Shown here in pieces: positions 29,450-38,118 of a DNA stretch of 61,664 nt. How positions within the stretch are numbered: the stretch's first letter is position 1; the number at the start of each line of letters is the position of its first letter. The stretch spans positions 1 through 61,664 of the IMG/VR virus record IMGVR_UViG_3300046488_000260. One strand, 5' to 3'. The position numbers were made by a program, and so were the translations under genes. Below the pieces are notes generated by a model. It saw only the letters and a program-made list of their open reading frames with translations. It searched no databases and was not told where the DNA came from. The DNA comes from a virus. Taxonomy: Duplodnaviria > Caudoviricetes.

Positions 29450-29496
29450 AGCTTTCAACGACTCCAGCAGTTTCAGCGCTTGCTGAAAACCTCAGC

Positions 29497-30985
29497 ATGA
29501 TCGACCTCTCCTACCTCCAAATCGAACTCCGGCAGGTGGCCGGCCTGCTGCCGTACGCCCGCAACTCCAGGACGCACTCCGACGAGCAGGTGGCACAGGT
29601 CGCGGCCAGCATTGTGGAGTTCGGGTGGACGAACCCGATTCTCGTAGACGGCGACGGCGGTGTGATCGCGGGCCATGCGCGCCTCCTGGCCGCCCGCAAG
29701 TTGGGGATGGAGGAAGTCCCCGTCATTGCCCTGGCGCACCTGACGCCGACCCAACGGCGCGCATTGGTGATTGCGGACAACAAGTTGGCGCTCAATGCGG
29801 GGTGGGATGAGCAGACGCTGCGCGGGGAAATGGTGTCTCTCCAGGAAAATGGCTTCCACCTGGACGTAGTTGGTTTCTCCGACGCGGAATTGGCCACATT
29901 GCTGGAGGGCCCAGCGGCGACACAACCAGAAGGCAGCGTCGAAGAAGAGGAAGTGCCCGAGGCGCCCGCCGAGCCCGTCACCCGTGCCGGCGATATTTGG
30001 GTGATCGGGAAGCACCGGTTGATCTGCGGGGATTGCCGGGACCAGGCTACCGTCCGGACACTGATGGCCGGCGCCATGGCGAACATGGCGATCACGTCGC
30101 CGCCGTACGCCACGCAGCGCGAGTACGATCCATCCAGCGGGTTCAAGCCCGTGCCGCCCGAGGAGTACGTGGAGTGGTTCCGTGCGGTGGCCGCCGGCGT
30201 CGAGGCGGTGCTGGCGCCGGACGCTTCCTACTTTCTGAATATCAAAGCTCACGCCGACGAGGGCGAGCGGAATTTGTACGTGATGGATTTGGTAATCGCC
30301 CACCGGCGCCAGTGGGGCTGGCGGTTCGTGGATGAGTTTTGCTGGCGGAAGACCGACAACGGCGTGCCGGGGGGGATGGGGCAACAGGTTTAAGAATGCG
30401 TTCGAACCGGTCTTCCACCTAAGCCGCCAACAGCAGATCAAATTCCGCCCGCAGGCGGTCTCGCACGAGTCGAAGGACTGTTTCGATTACTCCCCGAACA
30501 ATCCGAAATCGAATTCCGGCAGCGGACTGCTGGGGACCGGCGCGCGCGGCGCGGCCGCGGACGGCGGGAAGAATCAGGATGGGTGGCAACGCAGCAGGAA
30601 CAGCCTCTCCGACGATTCGGAGGGCCGTCACGCCGGCCTCGCGCGGCCGTCAAACGTTATCGAACTGAAGTCGGAGAGCAGCCAGGGATCGCACTCCGCA
30701 CCATTTCCGCGGGCGCTGGTAGAGTTTTTCGTCAAGGCATTCTCCGATGCAGGCGACGTGGTCTTCGATCCCTTCATGGGAAGCGGGACGACGATGGCCG
30801 CCGCGCATGTGCTGGGTCGGAGCGGTTACGGCTGCGAGATCTCGCCGGCGTACTGCGACGTGATTGTGCGCCGCATGGCGAACCTCGGCATCGACGTGGT
30901 GCTGGAGTCAGGCGGCGATTCGTTCGCGGACGTGGCCGCGCAGCGCGGCGTCGATCCGGATCCGGCATCGAGCCCGAGCAGATAA
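29497..30985 (+). pseudogene. ParB-N / N4-cytosine DNA methyltransferase, frameshifted at a G7 tract (30369-30375)
   Basis: PYARNSRTH ParB domain and TSPPY in one frame; GNRFKNAFEP...HSAPFP...FDPFMGSGTT in the next frame; deleting one G fuses them. Confidence 0.85.
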
Positions 30986-31027
30986 GCTTCCCCACCAGAT
31001 TTTCATTTCACAGCAAGGAGATAAACA

Positions 31028-31588
31028 ATGTCAGACGTAGCCACTCCGAACCAGGGCGAACGCGAGTTCGAAACCGGGACGGACGAGTCTTTCAAGAACG
31101 CCAACGCCACCGGCGGCGCCACCCACAACGAGAATCAGCGGGTGACGTACGCCAACATCAAGCGGACCTACGACGTGTACCAGGATCTGGACATCCAGGC
31201 CGCGCGCCAGGCGGAGATCGAGCAGACCCGACTGAACCAGATCGCGTCGCAGGCACTGCAGAACGCGGTCGAGACCGCCAACATGGTTGGCAAGCAGGCC
31301 ATCCGGCACGCCGATGTCGCCGACGCTCTGTGGACCGACGAGCTCAATCCGGTGACTCGCGGTGCCGGATCCAACATCACCGCCGGCGCCGTTCCGGCCA
31401 ACCGAGCGATCGACGTGGCCGCCGCTGGCGCGGGCGTGTCGGCGGAAGCGGTGGCTGCCGCCGTTGCCAAACAGGTGGATGCGTCAGTCACGCCGGTGAT
31501 TGCCGCCCTCCAGCAGATCGTCCAGGCGCTTGCCACAGCGACCACGGCGATCGGCAACGTCGTCAACCAGGCGCAGCCGAAAGCGTAA
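31028..31588 (+). CDS. Ala/Gln/Asn-rich helical hypothetical protein
   Basis: Strong AAGGAG RBS, strongly GC3-biased codons, hairpin after the stop. Confidence 0.8.
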   Translation: MSDVATPNQGEREFETGTDESFKNANATGGATHNENQRVTYANIKRTYDVYQDLDIQAARQAEIEQTRLNQIASQALQNAVETANMVGKQAIRHADVADALWTDELNPVTRGAGSNITAGAVPANRAIDVAAAGAGVSAEAVAAAVAKQVDASVTPVIAALQQIVQALATATTAIGNVVNQAQPKA

Positions 31589-31598
31589 ACCTCAAACC

Positions 31599-31622
31599 GG
31601 GGCGGCGGCTGGCCACCGCTCC
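31599..31622 (+). terminator. GC-rich hairpin after the 31028 gene (no U tract)
   Basis: GGGGCGGCGGC-TG-GCCACCGCTCC imperfect stem. Confidence 0.4.
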
Positions 31623-31646
31623 ACTACCAGAGAAAGGATCATCAAC

Positions 31647-31904
31647 ATGAAGTGGCTCTCGTTGTTACTCGCGTATTTGCCCGTGGTGCTACAGACCGTC
31701 ACCTCCGTGGAGGCGTCGATCGCCAATGTTCCTGGCACTTCCAAGAAGCAAGTGGCGATGGACATCATCACTACCGTTGCAGGCGCCGGAGAGAAACTCC
31801 CCGAGGCGCACGTCCAGCAGATCAGCGGTCTGGTCGACGTCGTGGTTGGGACGCTCAACAAGTCGGGGGTTTTCGCCACATCCCCCGCGAAGGCGACCGC
31901 ATAA
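31647..31904 (+). CDS. Small membrane-anchored protein, holin-like
   Basis: Hydrophobic N-terminus MKWLSLLLAYLPVVL followed by VE...GTSKKQVA, a pattern reminiscent of LL-H-type holins. Confidence 0.45.
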   Translation: MKWLSLLLAYLPVVLQTVTSVEASIANVPGTSKKQVAMDIITTVAGAGEKLPEAHVQQISGLVDVVVGTLNKSGVFATSPAKATA

Positions 31905-31910
31905 GGCCCC

Positions 31911-33170
31911 ATGACAAACCTGCAGGTGGTGATGTGGTCGGTCGAGAAGCTGATTCCATACGCCAGGAATTCGCGCACGCACTCCGACGAGCAGGTGGCG
32001 CAAGTCGCCGCCAGCATCGTGGAATTCGGCTGGACGAATCCGATCCTCATCGGCGCCGACGGTGTGATCATCGCCGGCCACGCCCGCCTGCTGGCCGCCC
32101 GCAAGTTGAAGATGATCGAGGTGCCGGTCATTGTTCTCAGCGATCTGAGCGAAGCGAAACGGCGCGCCCTGGTAATTGCCGACAACCAGATTGCGCTCAA
32201 CGCAGGCTGGAACGCGGAGATGCTGCGAGTTGAGTTGCAGGACCTGGAGGTCAACGGTTTCAACCTCGAGCTGATCGGGTTCTCGGCAGAGGAACTGGAT
32301 ACGATCTTGGCGGGCGGTGAAGAGACCTGCGAGGGTCTGACCGACGAAGATGCGGTGCCGGAGGCGCCGGAGGCCGCGGTCACCGTTCCCGGCGATGTGT
32401 GGATCATGGGTGAGCACAGGCTCATCTGTGGCGATTCGACGCAGTTGGATGTGGTTGAGAAGGTTCTGGCCGGCGGCCTGGCCGACATGGTCTGGTCAGA
32501 CTTGCCGTATAACGTGAACTACGGCCAAACCATGAAGGACAAACTCCGCGGCACAACGCATCGGAAGATTCTCAACGACAATCTCGGCGAGGGTTTCGAG
32601 CAATTCCTGCGCGATGCCTGCGTCAATATTCTCGCCGTCAACAAAGGGGCGATCTACATCTGCATGTCCTCCTCGGAACTTCATACGCTGGAGAGGGCGT
32701 TCCGGGAGGCGGGAGGCCACTGGTCGACTTTCATCATCTGGGCGAAGAACACTTTCACCATGGGACGGGCCGACTACCAACGGCAATATGAACCCATGCT
32801 CTACGGCTGGAAAGAAGGCACGGCTCACTTCTGGTGCGGCGCACGAGACCAGGGTGACGTATGGTTTATCAAAAAGCCACACGTCAACGACCTCCATCCC
32901 ACGACCAAGCCGGTGGAGTTGATTGAGCGAGCGCTGCACAACTCGTCTAAGACGCGCGATACGGTGCTCGATCCGTTCGCCGGCTCAGGCTCGACCTTGA
33001 TCGCTTGCGAGAAGACGGGCCGTCAAGCGCGGCTGCTTGAGTTGGAGCCGCACTACTGCGATGTCATTATCCAACGCTATCTGGAGTACAGCGGCCGGCA
33101 GGCGACTCTGGAAGGCGACGGCCGGACATTCCACGAAATCACGGAGAGCAGAAAAGGTGCTGCCGCGTGA
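31911..33170 (+). CDS. ParB-N / DNA methyltransferase (N6/N4 beta class)
   Basis: PYARNSRTH ParB domain, SDLPYNV motif IV variant, HPTTKPVEL, LDPFAGSGST. Confidence 0.9.
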   Translation: MTNLQVVMWSVEKLIPYARNSRTHSDEQVAQVAASIVEFGWTNPILIGADGVIIAGHARLLAARKLKMIEVPVIVLSDLSEAKRRALVIADNQIALNAGWNAEMLRVELQDLEVNGFNLELIGFSAEELDTILAGGEETCEGLTDEDAVPEAPEAAVTVPGDVWIMGEHRLICGDSTQLDVVEKVLAGGLADMVWSDLPYNVNYGQTMKDKLRGTTHRKILNDNLGEGFEQFLRDACVNILAVNKGAIYICMSSSELHTLERAFREAGGHWSTFIIWAKNTFTMGRADYQRQYEPMLYGWKEGTAHFWCGARDQGDVWFIKKPHVNDLHPTTKPVELIERALHNSSKTRDTVLDPFAGSGSTLIACEKTGRQARLLELEPHYCDVIIQRYLEYSGRQATLEGDGRTFHEITESRKGAAA

Positions 33171-33703
33171 ACATGGACCGTCTGTCCGATCTTGAACTCG
33201 GCAAAGCTGCCGAGCACTTGGTCGTGTCCGATCTGATTCTGTCGGGGTATCGGGCGTATCTGACCGAGCAAGGACTTCCCTATGACGTCGTAGTTGATGA
33301 TGGGGAAACGTTGTACCGGGTTCAGGTGAAGGCGAGCCGTTGTGCAAAGAGAATGCCACAACGAGCATGTAATACCCCAGGCTATTTGTACAACGTACGG
33401 CGAGCAGGCAAGGGCGGCAGACGTCTCTATGCGGACGATGAATTCGACATCGTTGCACTGGTTGCCATGGACTTGCGCATCGTTGCATATCTGCCGTTCA
33501 AAGGGCGGGTACTTCAAACGATCTACTTGCGTCCTCCGGGACACCAGGGCTCCGCACGTACGGAGCGAACACGCACCATAGACCAGTTCCCGATTGAAAC
33601 AACGTTGGCCGTTCTTACTGGTAAGCGCCCAACATTGTCTCCCAAACCCGAGGACCTTCATGTAGTGCCCCTTGATCAAGGCCGGCTTTTCGAGATCGCA
33701 TGA
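33167..33703 (+). CDS. PD-(D/E)XK endonuclease (PDDEXK_5 / group I intron-like)
   Basis: GKAAE...PYDVVVD...RVQVK...Y...EFDIVALV; GTGA-coupled to the methyltransferase. Confidence 0.8.
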   Translation: MNMDRLSDLELGKAAEHLVVSDLILSGYRAYLTEQGLPYDVVVDDGETLYRVQVKASRCAKRMPQRACNTPGYLYNVRRAGKGGRRLYADDEFDIVALVAMDLRIVAYLPFKGRVLQTIYLRPPGHQGSARTERTRTIDQFPIETTLAVLTGKRPTLSPKPEDLHVVPLDQGRLFEIA

Positions 33704-33785
33704 TTCGCTCTGCCCCGGTGCGATTCCGGTGACCGGGGCAATCCCTGGTTCGTGAAATGACCCTGGCGAGGATCAACCCGGCTGG

Positions 33786-34022
33786 GTGGCCAGGAGATCC
33801 CGCTTGACAGCGACGGCGGAATCTTCCGTGAAATCGCCGGGGACCACCAATCAACGGCACCTTCAGATCGAACGTTGCCGCCGGGAAATCGCGGCGGTGG
33901 AAAGCGAGTTGCGGGCCGGGAATCCCGACATTCACGGGCTGTGCCTGGCGCTGGTGGACTGGTCCGCCGAACTACGCGCGCTTGAGTTACTTCCATGGAA
34001 AAAGAAATCCTTCAATTCCTGA
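33786..34022 (+). CDS. Small hypothetical protein (start uncertain)
   Basis: QIERCRREIAAVE..LRAGNPD..GLCLALVDWSAELR. Confidence 0.5.
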   Translation: MARRSRLTATAESSVKSPGTTNQRHLQIERCRREIAAVESELRAGNPDIHGLCLALVDWSAELRALELLPWKKKSFNS

Positions 34023-34255
34023 TCCCCAGCATTGGACTGATCTCCGGCCTGATCGCCACCTATGTTAGTCTGCAGAACCGCGCGCTGCTGGCCGAGGTGC
34101 GGCGAGAACTGGCAGAGCTCGAAAATCGCGTAATCGGGAAAATCAATGGCACGTACATAAGGCGGGGAGAATGTGAGCTACGTGAAGAGCTGGTTCACGA
34201 AAGGCTCACGGCAATCACCGATGAGCTGAGGAACAGAAACGCCGCCGGTCATTGA
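33995..34255 (+). CDS. Small protein with one TM helix plus coiled coil (possible holin or lysis accessory)
   Basis: ILQFLIPSIGLISGLIATYV followed by a heptad-rich region. Confidence 0.55.
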   Translation: MEKEILQFLIPSIGLISGLIATYVSLQNRALLAEVRRELAELENRVIGKINGTYIRRGECELREELVHERLTAITDELRNRNAAGH

Positions 34256-34270
34256 GGGCCGGCGGCGGTT
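34238..34270. terminator. Bidirectional hairpin between convergent genes
   Basis: AACGCCGCCGGTC...GGCCGGCGGCGGTT inverted repeat. Confidence 0.55.
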
Positions 34271-34284
34271 GAGCGCGGGAGATG

Positions 34285-34839
34285 CTACGCGGTGGTGCGA
34301 TACGCTCGGGCGCCATCGGGGCGCTTAAAGGACTCGACGGTGAGCCCCATCTTCTTGCCCAGGGAACCGGAGATGAAGCCGCGGACGCTGTGCGCCTGCC
34401 AGCCAGTGGCCTCTTGAATGTCCTTCAGTGTCGCGCCGTCTGGGCGGCGGATCAGTTCCAAAACGATGGCCTTCTTGCTGCCCTCGCGGGTGGTGGGCGC
34501 CGCGTCCTTGGCGGTGGCACCCTTCGTCGCCTTGGCTTTCTTCTTCGCGACAGCGGGCCGTTCCGGCGCCGCGGTGGGCGTCAGTGCCTGGATGGCCTTC
34601 CAGATTCGGGTGACCGCCGTCTTGCGGTCCGTAAACTTCTTGACCGGCTTCAGGTCGCCAAAGGGCGGCACGCCGGCGAAGGTATTCCAGACCTCGGGGA
34701 AGCGGATGAGGGGCCAGTCGGCGGAGAGCTTGGCGAACTCCTTCTCGGTGGCGAAACGATCTTGGCCTTCAGAAATCTGCTCGGCGGCGGTGAAGGCGGT
34801 GATGTTGTTGTCGGGGGCGATGGCAAAAACAGTGTTCAT
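34285..34839 (-). CDS. DUF3489 domain protein
   Basis: REGSKKAIVLELIRRPDGATL..I..ATGWQAHSVRGFISG...KKMGL. Confidence 0.9.
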   Translation of the reverse strand: MNTVFAIAPDNNITAFTAAEQISEGQDRFATEKEFAKLSADWPLIRFPEVWNTFAGVPPFGDLKPVKKFTDRKTAVTRIWKAIQALTPTAAPERPAVAKKKAKATKGATAKDAAPTTREGSKKAIVLELIRRPDGATLKDIQEATGWQAHSVRGFISGSLGKKMGLTVESFKRPDGARAYRTTA

Positions 34840-34854
34840 CGTTGGTCTCCTGAT

Positions 34855-35064
34855 TCAAAACTCGATCCTGTCGACGATCCGGCGTGCCTCGTCGGGGCTG
34901 ATTGGCTGCGTGTCGGCGGGCGCCATTCCTGTGGCTTGCTTCATGCGGGCGACGAGCAGGTCAAACGCCCTGGGCCAGCTGCCGCCCGCAGTGCAGACTT
35001 CGCGGGCTAGGCGCATCGGAATCGCGTAGTGCTTGGCGAAGCGTTGGATCTCGTTCCTTGTCAT
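34855..35064 (-). CDS. Small hypothetical protein
   Basis: MTRNEIQRFAKHYAIP..., coupled between neighbouring minus-strand genes. Confidence 0.5.
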   Translation of the reverse strand: MTRNEIQRFAKHYAIPMRLAREVCTAGGSWPRAFDLLVARMKQATGMAPADTQPISPDEARRIVDRIEF

Positions 35065-35069
35065 GGCGG

Positions 35070-35315
35070 TTAGTACTCCAGTCCCTTCTGGTCCACCGCG
35101 CGGCGGTCGCCCAGGCTGGCGAGGACGTAGGCCAGTTCCTCGGTGATGCGGCCCAGGTCGCCGGGGTAGCCCCAGTTGGCGGGTTCCTGCGCCTGGCCCT
35201 TCTGGTGCTGTTCCAGGCGGCTGGTGATGCGCTTCAGCAGGTCCTGGCACTCGGCGTGGCGCTCCGCGTAGCAGGCGGCGGCTGTTTGCTTGGTGGTCTT
35301 GGTAGTGCGCGGCAT
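35070..35315 (-). CDS. Small hypothetical protein
   Basis: TAAACYAERH...NWGYPGDL motif of small phage ORFs found next to DUF3489. Confidence 0.65.
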   Translation of the reverse strand: MPRTTKTTKQTAAACYAERHAECQDLLKRITSRLEQHQKGQAQEPANWGYPGDLGRITEELAYVLASLGDRRAVDQKGLEY

Positions 35316-35426
35316 CGAACACATAGATCCCTTCTATTCGGGCGGAAGGCAAGCGGAATCTGCCAGTGAACCGCGAGAACGCTCAATGACTTTGTGGAAA
35401 CGGCGAAACTGGGCGAGGGTAGCCGC

Positions 35427-35972
35427 ATGATGGGTGTCTCTATTCGCGGCTACGCCCGCATGCGCGGTTGCACGGAAGGCGCCGTCCGGAAGGCGATCGC
35501 TGCCAAGCGGATCACGCCGAATGCGGACGGCAGCATCGATCCGGAGCGCGCCAACCAGGAGTGGGCGAGGAACACCTTCGCTGGCAAAACGCTGCACGAG
35601 GCTACGCGCCCGGCGATGCCACAAGCGCGGCCGGCCGCACATCCGCCGGCCATTCCGCAGTCGGCCGAGGTGACGAACGATCCGGTCGCGGCGTATCTCC
35701 GGGCGCGCGCGGTCAGCGAGACGTTCAAGGCGAAGATCGCGCAGATGGAGTATGAAGAGCGCACTGGTAAGTTGATGCAGGCGACCAAGGCCGGCGAGTA
35801 TGCCATGCAGTTTTCGGCGATCATCAGTGACGCGCTCTCTGCGTGGCCGGACAGGTTGACGCCCTTGGTCGCTGCCACCACGGAGGAAAGCGTGGTGCAC
35901 AGGATCCTCAGCAACGAGGCGGCAGCGTTGCGGCGCCGGGTCGCCAAGGCAATCGCGGACGCGGGCTTCTGA
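35427..35972 (+). CDS. Terminase small subunit (Nu1-like)
   Basis: N-terminal wHTH SIRGYARMRGCTEGAVRKAI, coiled coil, coupled to the large subunit. Confidence 0.8.
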   Translation: MMGVSIRGYARMRGCTEGAVRKAIAAKRITPNADGSIDPERANQEWARNTFAGKTLHEATRPAMPQARPAAHPPAIPQSAEVTNDPVAAYLRARAVSETFKAKIAQMEYEERTGKLMQATKAGEYAMQFSAIISDALSAWPDRLTPLVAATTEESVVHRILSNEAAALRRRVAKAIADAGF

Positions 35973-37909
35973 TGCCGGCTCCTTTCTCCATGCATCAAGT
36001 CGGTTCGGAGGCAATGCTACCCCCGCGCGAGATTACGGTCTCGGAGTGGGCCGATGAGAACGTCGTCCTGTCCGGCGCCGGCGCGGCAGAGCGGGGCCAG
36101 TGGCATACCCGTCCGTACCAGCGCGAGCCGATGGATGTTCTGAGCCCGTCGCACCCATGTAAGCAGGTGGTGCTCATGGCCGCGGCCCAAACCCTCAAGA
36201 CCAGCGTGCTGGTGAACTTCCTGGGGTACATTGCCGACGTCGATCCGGGCCCGGTGCTGGTAGTGGAGCCGCGGTCGGAAGATGCCAAGGCCCTGTCCAA
36301 GGATCGCGTGGCACCGCTCTTCCGGCAGACACCTTGCCTGCGTGGTAAGATCGCAGCCGTCAAGTCGCGGGACTCCAATAACACCGCAATGCACAAGGTG
36401 TTCACGAACGGTTCCGGCCACATCACGTTCACGGGCGCCATCTCGCCGTCCGGCCTGGCCATGCGCCCGATCCGGTATCTGCTGCTGGATGAGGTGGACC
36501 GCTACCCGGCAAGTGCGGGATCGGAGGGTGACCCGGTGTCGCTGGCTGTCCGGCGTACTGGGGAGTTCGAACACAATAAAAAGGTCGTCCTGTGTTCGAC
36601 ACCGACCATTGAAGGCGAGAGCCGGATCCAACAGGCGTGGAACGAGAGCGACCAGCGCGAGTACTTCGTGCCGTGCCCGCTGTGCAATCACTACCAGGTG
36701 CTGGTGCTGGGGGACGGTTCCGGCGGCGGGTTGGTGTGGCCCGAAGGTGATCCGGAGAAGGCTGCCTATTGTTGTCAGAACTGCCGGCAACTCATCCCGC
36801 ATCACCACAAGGGCGGGATGGTGGAACGCGGCGAGTACCGCGCGCAGAACCCTGGGTCACCGATTCCGGGATTTCGTGTGTCGCAGTTGATCTCGCCGAA
36901 GCGCGCCTGGGGAACCATCGCGAGCGAGTTCGTGGCGGCCAAGAAGGCACCCGAGACGTTAAAGGCGTTCATGAACACGGTGCTTGCCGAACTGTGGGCG
37001 GAGCGCGGGATGGCGCCGGACTGGGAGAAGGTTTACCTGCGCCGCGAGCAGTATGAGCTCGGCATCGTACCGGTGGGCGGCCTGTTCCTGGTAGCGGGCG
37101 TCGACGTCCAGGATGACCGCCTCGAGGTGGAGATCAAGGCGTATGGCCGCGGCAAGGAATCCTGGTCCGTGAACTATTACGTGATCCAACTCCCGGATCA
37201 CGCCGGCCAGCCGCTGAAAACGTCCAGCCCCGAGGTATGGCAGGAACTGGAGGCGCTACTGGCGAAGGACTGGCCGCATGCGGCCGGTGGGACGCTGCCG
37301 ATCATGGCGATGGCGATCGATACCGGCTTCCGGCCGCAGATGGTTTACGACTTCGCCGCGCGGCACCCGCAACCGGCGCACGGGCCGGCGGGCGACCAGA
37401 TCGTGGCGGCGCGGACGGTGATCCCGACGAAGGGCACCGATCATGCCTTCAAATTGATCGCGACGGTTTCGGGGACCGACGCCGCGCGCAAGCGCCAGGG
37501 CATTCGAATCTGGAGCATTGGGACCCACTGTGCCAAGCAGGAATTCTACGATTGGTTGCGCCTGGAACTGCCGACCGATCCCGACGAAGTGTTCCCGGCC
37601 GGCTACCAGCATTATGCCTATGGCGATCCGGACTTCTATAAGGGTCTGTGTTCGGAAGCGCGTGTGGTCCGTGCGCTGACGGGAAAGGTGGAGTGGGTGA
37701 AGGATCCCGCCGTGCGGAACGAACCGCTGGACCTGGCGGTGCTCTGCCGCGCAAGCGCGGCGGTCTGTGGGATCGACCGGTTTACGGAAGACGAGTGGGC
37801 TGTGCTTGAGGGAAAGCTGCAGACCGATCCGCCACGGGCGCCCCGCCACGATGAGTATTGGGGCGAGCGCGACACCAACTGGCTGGGCGGGAAGAACTGG
37901 TTCAAATGA
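35972..37909 (+). CDS. Terminase large subunit, lambda GpA family
   Basis: TVSEWADE, PYQREPMD, LLDEVDRY, STPT, YFVPCP.C, AGVDVQDDR, IDTG, RNEPLD. Confidence 0.95.
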   Translation: MPAPFSMHQVGSEAMLPPREITVSEWADENVVLSGAGAAERGQWHTRPYQREPMDVLSPSHPCKQVVLMAAAQTLKTSVLVNFLGYIADVDPGPVLVVEPRSEDAKALSKDRVAPLFRQTPCLRGKIAAVKSRDSNNTAMHKVFTNGSGHITFTGAISPSGLAMRPIRYLLLDEVDRYPASAGSEGDPVSLAVRRTGEFEHNKKVVLCSTPTIEGESRIQQAWNESDQREYFVPCPLCNHYQVLVLGDGSGGGLVWPEGDPEKAAYCCQNCRQLIPHHHKGGMVERGEYRAQNPGSPIPGFRVSQLISPKRAWGTIASEFVAAKKAPETLKAFMNTVLAELWAERGMAPDWEKVYLRREQYELGIVPVGGLFLVAGVDVQDDRLEVEIKAYGRGKESWSVNYYVIQLPDHAGQPLKTSSPEVWQELEALLAKDWPHAAGGTLPIMAMAIDTGFRPQMVYDFAARHPQPAHGPAGDQIVAARTVIPTKGTDHAFKLIATVSGTDAARKRQGIRIWSIGTHCAKQEFYDWLRLELPTDPDEVFPAGYQHYAYGDPDFYKGLCSEARVVRALTGKVEWVKDPAVRNEPLDLAVLCRASAAVCGIDRFTEDEWAVLEGKLQTDPPRAPRHDEYWGERDTNWLGGKNWFK

Positions 37910-38118
37910 TTCAACTGACGGAACTGCAAGCCATGCGCGACATGCTGCAGCGAGCGATCTTCAGCGGTACGCTCCGTGTGCAGTTCACCGACCGCGCAGT
38001 TGAATACACCAGCGTCGACAACATGCGGAAGGCGCTCGCCGACCTCGACGCAGCGATCGCCAAGGCTTCGGGGGCGACACCGTCTTCCTTCAGCCTGGCC
38101 ACGCACAGCAGAGACTAA
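37906..38118 (+). CDS. Head-tail joining protein (gpW-like)
   Basis: 70 aa between terminase and portal; AIFSGTLRVQF.DR.VEY.S. Confidence 0.8.
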   Translation: MIQLTELQAMRDMLQRAIFSGTLRVQFTDRAVEYTSVDNMRKALADLDAAIAKASGATPSSFSLATHSRD

